A DNA stretch of 64,000 bases from Octopus sinensis (taxonomy: Eukaryota). The notes beneath the pieces are model-generated. The model had not been told where the DNA came from, searched no databases, and worked only from the letters and a program-made list of their open reading frames with translations. Location: assembly GCF_006345805.1 (NCBI RefSeq), contig NC_043002.1:73284001-73348000 (forward strand), given 5' to 3'. Shown here piece by piece: positions 54,256 through 64,000 of this stretch. How positions within the stretch are numbered: the first letter of the stretch is position 1; each line of letters opens with the position of its first letter. The position numbers were made by a program, and so were the translations under genes.

Positions 54256-54289
<34 letters not shown>

Positions 54290-54302
54290 GAATATATATA
54301 TA

Positions 54303-54431
<129 letters not shown>

Positions 54432-54794
54432 AAGTGGGTGCTTAGAATCCTGCCACTTAAAACCCATGTTATGCAATTAAATTCAGGTGACATCATAACG
54501 AATGATGAAGCAGGCGTGGTTACTTCGAAGTGAAAACACGCTTTATCATGAAACAAGTTCTCTTTAATTAGTAAATTTCTACTGAGACGTGAAAACAATA
54601 ATGAAATGAAACTGAAATATATTTGATGTTGCAAGTTAAGTATTTAATTTCGTTACCTTTTTAAACAAAGGTAATGTTCTTCGAGATGGAAGAAATAACT
54701 TTTAAGAAACAACTAATGATGATGTGGATTACACACCCAGCAATATGGTTGCTTCTAGCTTGTAATCTGTTTTATTAATAACATATTTCATTGC

Positions 54795-54826
54795 TCTCTC
54801 TCTCTCTCTCTCTCTCTCCTCTTCCC

Positions 54827-54901
<75 letters not shown>
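54795..54901. repeat. (CT)n microsatellite
   Basis: About 105 bp, direct observation. Confidence 0.95.
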
Positions 54902-54903
<2 letters not shown>

Positions 54904-55724
54904 GTATTGCGAAAAAGCGTGTTCTTCCAAGTGTCACGAATGATGTATATCTGTCACAGGTCCAGTTGAGACTATTTTCCTTGTAGTGATGTCATTCATT
55001 TTCCGATGATGTCATTATTACATTTGTGGAATATGTATCGAAATAGCATATTTATCTTCGCAAATATTCTTCATAATGCTGTCTATCTTTGGTCACAGCA
55101 TTTAACCGGCATCTGACAAATCTATTAGATAAAAATGAGTCACATTACTTCCAAATACTTTTAATTAAATAAATTATTAAAAAAATTTTTTATAGAGCGT
55201 CAATACTTGGACATAGTATCTAAAGATTATTAAAGCTTTTTCGCTAATTTTATGCAAACTTCAGAGTTATTTGTAAAGGTTCTGATCAGCAAGTTCAGGC
55301 ATTCTCTTTTGTCTTTGTATGGTTTTCATAATGCAAATAAGATGGAAACATTATTTAATTTAAAGTCTTTGGTTGAAATTCTCTAAGATTTCTTTAGGAA
55401 AGGACTATCTTCATTGCAACACTGTTTGTTGTTGATGTATAGCTCCAGGTCGATTCTGGAAAGCCTTTGATGTGTTGCTTCTTATTCCACTGTTACTTTT
55501 ATTTCTAAAAAAAATCTCTCTCCTTAGGTGAACGCAGAATTACTTGGAGTAAACTAACTCAGAATTATAAATGTTCATACAGTCGATGCCAGCCTTAAAC
55601 CAAACATGCACACAAAAATTAAAATTTAATAACATTCTTTTTTTTAATCTTTTTGTAAACGTATTTCTAAAGAAATACTATCTGTAGGTTTCGATTTGTT
55701 AAATTGATCTAGTATTTGAAAGTA

Positions 55725-56288
55725 TTGGGTTGTCCGGAAAGTTCGTGCCGATTTATAGTAGTTTAACTTTCGACTTATTTTAGAACGTGGTTGAGTCCAT
55801 AAAATAGGATTTGACTACACTTCCATTTAGAGCACAGTTTAAGCTATCTTTTCGTGGAAGAAGGTTTATGTCCTATAACCTGTGTTAATTTTGTAACCCT
55901 TTAAAATGGAAGATAAGAAAGTTCATTTTCGGCACCTGATGCTTTGGGAACCAGACAAAAATTGCTGCAGCTCGGCTGGGATGTTTTACCCCACCTCCAT
56001 ATTCACCAGATATTACTTCTTCGGATTTCCACTTATTCAGGTCTCTGCAGAATAGCCTTAATGGTAAAAATTTCAATTCCTTGGATGACGTAAAAAGATA
56101 CCTTGATGAATTCTTTGCCATGAAACCACCTCAATTCTGAGAAGAGGGTATTTTCAAGTTAAAGGAAAGATAGAGACGCATTCTACAACAAAATGGTTCA
56201 TACTTGGTTGATTAAAAAGGTAATGGCAAGTATTTATTGACCTTTTTCTTTCCTTTAAAAATCGGCACGAACTTTCCGCACAACCCAA
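55725..56288 (+). mobile_element. Internally deleted mariner transposon
   Basis: TIRs of about 30 bp (TTGGGTTGTCCGGAAAGTTCGTGCCGATTT / AAATCGGCACGAACTTTCCGCACAACCCAA). TA TSD at 55723-24 and 56289-90. Transposase N-terminus MEDKKVHFRHLMLWE (ATG 55906) is fused to the C-terminus LGWDVLPH(PP)YSPDITSSDFHLFRSLQN. Confidence 0.93.
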
Positions 56289-57255
56289 TATTTACTGAAC
56301 TAACTATCTTCTCCGGCATTAAGTAAATGTTTGGAAGAAAACAACAAAATATTGGTTCCAAATTTTGGCACAAGATTACCAATTTCGGGGGAAGGGAAAA
56401 GTCGATTACATCAACCCCTGTACTCAACTGGTACTTACTTTGTCCACCACAAAAGGATGAAAGGCAAAGTCAACCTCGGGGGTATTTGAACTCAGAACGC
56501 CAAGACGGACGAAATGCCGCTTAGCATTTTGCCCTGCCTGCTAATGATTGTCAGCTCACCACCTTTAACACAACAAAACATTTTCACAGAAATAGTTACA
56601 GAGTGCTTAAATTTCTAGATACTTGAAAATGGATAGTTTTGCATCGTGGAAACAAGGGCGGTGTCAGGTAAGTTAGTATCAAAAGGATTAAACAGATGAA
56701 ATGTCGAGCTATTGAAGTTTGAATTGCTGGAGACGTCACATTAACTTCAGGATAATGAATTTGGAGGAGCTTTTGTATGCAATTGAACCCATTGGGATTG
56801 TGATTAATCAATTTCCCCCGTGAAAGTGATTCACACCCAATTTCTAAACCATTATCAATTTTAGTATTTAGCAATGCATACATTAATGACAGCCTTCTTT
56901 GTAACCTATGCAACGAAAGAAAATATCTCGTCTTGACCAAGTCACTAGACATTTTATATTAAAAAAAAAAGAAGATTAAATAAAACCGAGTTAGTTGGTA
57001 AATGCCGCCATGAAAATAAATTTTACTTAGTTATAGAGTACTCAAAATAAATTGAGAAAACAGACGTAAATCGACGTCATGCTGGAAGTTATCAACCACA
57101 ACCTTAGATATAACCAACAGGAAATCCACAACACTATTGCTTAGCTTCAACCGACCTTATTGAGTTTATTTTAACCAGTTACTCCCAGCTAAACATATAT
57201 TCAGACACGAAATTATAATTAATGAAATATGAAGTGGAGTAGGTAAAACTAAAGC

Positions 57256-57297
<42 letters not shown>

Positions 57298-58990
57298 TAT
57301 AGGTGATAACACCATCAGAACTAAGTATACGTCACCAATCAGCGCCAACCTTAAAACCACTCATTCGAATGTTTAAACACATTTTTCAAACAGTTGACGA
57401 CGGCGAAGAAATCGAGTGTTTATGCTGCCAGCATAGGACAAGTTAACGATTAGCAGCGCCACTCGATTGTCTTAAGGATGGATTGGAGATTACAGAAGGG
57501 TGGGAAACCACCAAGAAATGAAAGATGGGGGAGGGGGAAGAAAAAGAATGGAGCACCCCCCCCCCCCCCCAGCAAAGTGAGTGAAAGACCTTTATGAAAA
57601 GGTGACCACGTTCACAGAATGTTTGAGATTTTCGATAGAATATTACGACAAAAGCTGATCACTGACTTATTCGATCTAATGTAAGAGAACAATGTTGATA
57701 ATATATATATATTGAGAAAAACGGACGAGACACGAGTACCAGGAGTCCCAAAAAGATAGAATTTAAATAAAGACCACTTTAGGGAAGTGTCATCTTAAGG
57801 TGTGAGTACTCTGGGAAGGTGTCCGGTTTCCTACTGTTATAGGGAAACTAAGACTAATCTATGTCTATAATAATAAATGTGAAATTCTGTCTGTCCGGAA
57901 CCCCTGCAGCTTACTCTACATTTTCTCTACATAGACATATTATACCTTTTTGGAATCAGAATGATCCTGGGATTGATAATCTGCCTTTCATTTGGTTCTT
58001 GAATATCCAGTATTGGGATCTGACTTAAAAGCATTTTGGTTGTTATTTCTAGCCGGTAAAGCTTGGCTGATTCACATCATCTTGGTTGGCGCTTGTCAGA
58101 TGACATCAGAGATCAAGCGGGAGATAAATGACATTCGCTTCGTTAATTTTACGTCGAGATCAGAACTTTGGGAGAAATCGGCGAACAATTGGAATTCAAC
58201 TTGGGACTGGAACAATAGAATAATTGCATTACAGAATTAATTCTCATCCATCCTTAACCTCTGGTCAAGCACCACCAGGACATGAAGTCATTATAGACGT
58301 ATTATAGTCAGGCTATTTAGCTCCCTTTAGTTCTAGGCTGCAGGCCCAATCAGCCCTCTGTAGGAGCTAGCTCAAAAGTCCGCACGGAGTACGGCTTTTA
58401 AGCTAGTATGCTATAACTGTGCATGAAGAAACCCAGCGCATTGCATTATTCGGAGGATTACAATGCTGTCAATGCGACCTTACGTTCGCAATCTATCAAC
58501 AATAATGAAGAGATTCACCTCAAAGCCCCAAAATACACTAGTACAATTTTGGATAGTCTAATTTGTGGAAATGATCGTATCGAGCGATGATCAAAGATGT
58601 GTACCCTGATACCCCATCCCATCTTCCAAATTGATAAATTTTCATTCTTGTGTGTCTACGTTGGCCTTGTTCGTTTTATTTGCATTTATTCGTAAACATC
58701 TTAAACAGCCATACATGAATAAGAGATTACTTTAAACGTTTTCAACTCACATACATTTCAATCTGATATTGTTTTCAAATTTTGGCACAAGGCCAGTAAT
58801 ATCGGGGGAGGGTATAAGTTGATTACATCGAACCCGGAGTTCAACTGGAACTTATTCTATCGGCCCCGAAAGGGTGAATGGCAAAGTCTACCGCAGCAGA
58901 ATTTGAACTCAGAACATAAAGAAAGACGAAATGCCGCTAACGACTCTGCCAGCTCACCGCCTTACTTCTTAATCTAATATTATGGTTGCC

Positions 58991-59191
58991 TTTAAGGCAG
59001 TGAGCTGAGAGAATCGTTACCACGTGGGACAAAATGCTTAGCAGTATTTCGTCCGTCTTTATGATCTGAGTTCAATTTCCGCTGAGGTAGATTTTACCTT
59101 TCATCCTTTCAGGGGTCGATAAAATAAGTACCAGTTGAGTACTGGGGTCGGCTCCCCAGAACTTGCTGGCCTCGTACCAAAATTTGAAACC
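58991..59191 (+). mobile_element. SINE family B, alternative-tail subfamily, with a 14-bp TSD
   Basis: AATATTATGGTTGC flanks both ends (about 58977 and about 59192). Tail ...CCAAAATTTGAAACC. Confidence 0.75.
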
Positions 59192-59528
59192 AATATTATG
59201 GTTGCTTTAGTTGGCCACTCCTTTCAGCTTAGTTTTGCTTCTGATTTAGGCACATGGTCAACAATTCAGAGAGGCCGGATTTAGTACATAACATCGACAC
59301 CAATGCTTAACTGACAAATGATGCTTGACGATACAAAGCTCAGAGAAGGGAAACACAGGAAAGCTGATACGAAATTATTGATAGGAACACTAGGCTCTTA
59401 TGAACTCACGCAACATGAACGTGATGGGTTTATTAGTTTCATAGTCAGTCTCATCTTCACATGTAACTCAGTGCAGTAAGTTTACTTTTGGTGGAACTCC
59501 AGTACAGAATATTGGTTCAGGTTATAAA

Positions 59529-59912
59529 TCTCTCTCTATATAAACGGCAGTTTGTCTGTGCTTTTTCTGTGTGTCTGTTTTCTCGTACCCTCACTCTGAC
59601 CACGGCTTTCAACCGATTCTGATGAAACTTGACACACACATAGCCCAATGTCATAATTCAAAACTAACGCAGCGAAAATTTTGAAAAGTTCCCCTAGTTC
59701 TGAAAAAAATCGATAAATTCGACATGGGGTCGAGAATCAGAAACCCAAACCACAGACCGTCTAGGGGACGCAACTCCACCTTTTTTAACTCTCAAAAAAA
59801 ATTTACCATCATTTTTTTTCCATTTTTTTGCTATTTTTTGGCTATAACTCTCTAAAAATGCTTTATAGTTATTTCCCTTACAAACCTGAGCAACGCCGGG
59901 CGATACTGCTAG
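59529..59912 (+). mobile_element. Non-autonomous Helitron
   Basis: A|TC at 59529, hairpin CCTGAGCAACGCCGGG, CTAG|T at 59909-13. The 3' 120 nt or so are shared with 47987-48381. Confidence 0.8.
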
Positions 59913-60420
59913 TTTTCTATAAGCACAATGCTTTGTGAGCATATAAGATAACGAGTTTACCGATAGAGTAAAGTGCAAATAACGCCCTATAGGCTATCTC
60001 TTAGATAATGCATAGTATCAGGTTTCATTCGTTTGTTATCATATCTAAGTAATAAATTGAAGCACTAAACGTTGGTTAAGTGTTGAATAGCACTTACAAT
60101 TGGGTGTGGAATTTGGGCTGATTGTAAATGCTTTGATAATCCATTCACATAGTTGATATACCATCGAAGGAAACGTCAGCACGTCGGGCGAAATGCGTAG
60201 CCGTATTTCGTCTGCAGTTACGTTCTGAGTTCAAATTCCACCGAGGTCGACTTTGCTTTTCATCCTTTCAGGGTCGATAAGTTAAGTACCAGTTACGCAC
60301 TTAATCCGTTTGTCTGTCCTCGTTCGTCTTCTCTGTATTTAGCCCCTAGTGGGTAGTAAAGAAATAGGTATTTCGTATGTCTTTACGTTTTGAGTTCAAA
60401 TTCTGCCGAGGTCTACCTTG

Positions 60421-62122
<1,702 letters not shown>

Positions 62123-62177
62123 AGACATTGTTAAAACAAATTGGGACTCCTCGTCCTTATCGTATACATAATATTGC

Positions 62178-62250
62178 ATATGGCGTAGTGGTTAAGAGCG
62201 TGGGCTACTAACCCCAATATTCCGAGTTCGATTCCAGGCAGTGACCTGAA
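62178..62250 (+). mobile_element. Short tRNA-derived SINE head with (TGA/TAA)n tail
   Basis: A box TGGCGTAGTGGTTAAG and B box GAGTTCGATTCC, running directly into TAA repeats. No proper acceptor stem. Confidence 0.6.
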
Positions 62251-62261
62251 TAATGATGATG

Positions 62262-62312
<51 letters not shown>

Positions 62313-62628
62313 GGAGCACTAGGAATGATCAAGAAGGGAACCGAAAATTATATGAGAATGATCCCTGGCTTACCATCCCTGCAAGAAGTGCAAAAGATTG
62401 TCTTAACTGGTACATCACACGTATTGAGAAGAGCATTGTCGATGTGAGAACTGTTGCTGCTCATGTATTTTAATTTAACTTAAAAAAAAAAAAAAATGAA
62501 CGAACTATTGAGTTTGGTTTAATGGCCTACCAATGTATACTATGAGTTTCTTTGCCCTAGGAGTCGGGAAGACACTCGGCAAGAAATGGAAGCAAATTTG
62601 AAAGAAGAAAAAAAAAAGTAATAATAAT
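62313..62628 (+). mobile_element. 5'-truncated R4/Dong-like LINE 3' end inserted in (TAA)n
   Basis: IGALGMIKKGTENYMRMIPGLPSLQEVQKIVLTGTSHVLRRALSM* followed by a 3'UTR. Flanked by TAA repeats, the known target of Dong elements. Confidence 0.75.
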
Positions 62629-62640
62629 AATAATAATAAT

Positions 62641-63193
62641 AACCCTGATGCAGTACCAGACATTGGCTCTCATGGCTTCTGATCTTAACTGATTGGAAGT
62701 GTTATCATGTACATTGTTTTGCCTTGGTATAAAAGATGGGCTACAGCAAATATTCTGCTCAATACCACAGATTTCCTTGTCAGTTGTTTGACCTTAACCA
62801 GTTGACCATGTCCCTTAGTGGCTGACGATATGTGCATCTCTGATCACGAGCAGAAGTAGTGGGGGAGCTTCATAACCGAGTGTGGAGAAGAATTCTTAGA
62901 AGTTTGGATAATTCACCTTTGGAAACATGGGTGGTGTGTTCAACATCCTTAAACGATCCTTATTCAGAGACCTTTTGAGCGGGATGGGCTACTCGACTAG
63001 AAGAAAATTTTAACTGGGGCCCCACTTGCAAGGTCATGCGCTGTTTATCTTGACATGAGATCACCATGTCGCGCACATATGGTTGTGATGCTTGTGCCTG
63101 GTGTACCCTTATCAGACGGGTAGTCATGATGGGTATACTGGGCTTCATATAATTTACCCCAGTATCACTTTGATGGCATGCACTGCTCTCTCA

Positions 63194-63257
<64 letters not shown>

Positions 63258-63809
63258 GCCCTGATGCAGTACCAAGCAGTGGCTCTCATGGCTTCTGATC
63301 TTAACTGATTGGAAGTGTTATCATGTACATTGTTTTGTCTTGGTATAAAAGATGGGCTACAGCAAATATTCTGCTCAATACCACAGATTTGCTTGTCAGT
63401 TGTTTGACCTTAACCAGTTGACCATGTCCCTTAGTGGCTGACGATATGTGCATCTCTGATCACGAGCAGAAGTAGTGGGGGAGCTTCATAACCGAGTGTG
63501 GAGAAGAATTCTTAGAAGTTTGGATAATTCACCTTTGGAAACATGGGTGGTGTGTTCAACATCCTTAAACGATCCTTATTCAGAGACCTTTTGAGCGGGA
63601 TGGGCTACTCGACTAGAAGAAAATTTTAACTGGGGCCCCACTTGCAAGGTCATGCGCTGTTTATCTTGACATGAGATCACCATGTCGCGCACATATGGTT
63701 GTGATGCTTGTGCCTGGTGTACCCTTATCAGACGGGTAGTCATGATGGGTATACTGGGCTTCATATAATTTACCCCAGTATCACTTTGATGGCATGCACT
63801 GCTCTCTCA

Positions 63810-63867
<58 letters not shown>

Positions 63868-64000
63868 TAATAATAATAATAAATGCCCTGATGCAGTACC
63901 AAGCAGTGGCTCTCATGGCTTCTGATCTTAACTGATTGGAAGTGTTATCATGTACATTGTTTTGTCTTGGTATAAAAGATGGGCTACAGCAAATATTCTG
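62641..64000. repeat. Tandem array of a non-coding unit of about 556 bp separated by (TAA)n
   Basis: Near-identical units at 62641-63196, 63254-63812 and 63881-window end. Confidence 0.9.

Noticed and set aside
62178-62250. tRNA-like sequences (also 11502 and 14365)
   Set aside because: A/B boxes are present, but there is no acceptor stem and they run into SINE bodies or tails; these are SINE heads, not tRNA genes.

Overview
AT-rich, repeat-saturated animal genomic DNA. The SINE and microsatellite content looks like a coleoid cephalopod (Octopus-like); this is pattern recognition, not a database result. The only host gene I can support is the first coding exon of a fascin (singed/FSCN1-like) gene on the minus strand (40876->40033, ending at a phase-1 GT donor). 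No exon 2 is recognisable, so 1-40032 is probably intron 1. The rest is tRNA-derived SINEs of at least three families, RTE and R4/Dong-like LINE remnants, mariner, piggyBac, hAT and Merlin-like MITEs, non-autonomous Helitrons and microsatellites. Nearly all ORFs in the supplied track are spurious. Main hunt result: two non-coding, (TA)n-embedded, partially tandem repeat elements that I cannot align to each other (7975-9340 + and 47072-47985 -). Each carries all hammerhead-ribozyme core nucleotides in the same non-circularly permuted order: III'-UH-I, then II'-GAAA-III, then I'-CUGAUGA-II. Stems I and III pair fully with different sequences in the two families; stem II is imperfect in both. This suggests a retrozyme or Penelope-pLTR-like mobile RNA family using a rearranged hammerhead. 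Other points: the conserved fascin PKC serine is Gly here, a sharp CpG boundary lies near 34.5-35 kb, and there is a TAA-targeted element train and a 600-bp inverted duplication. Repeat coordinates are approximate unless TSD or TIR positions are quoted.
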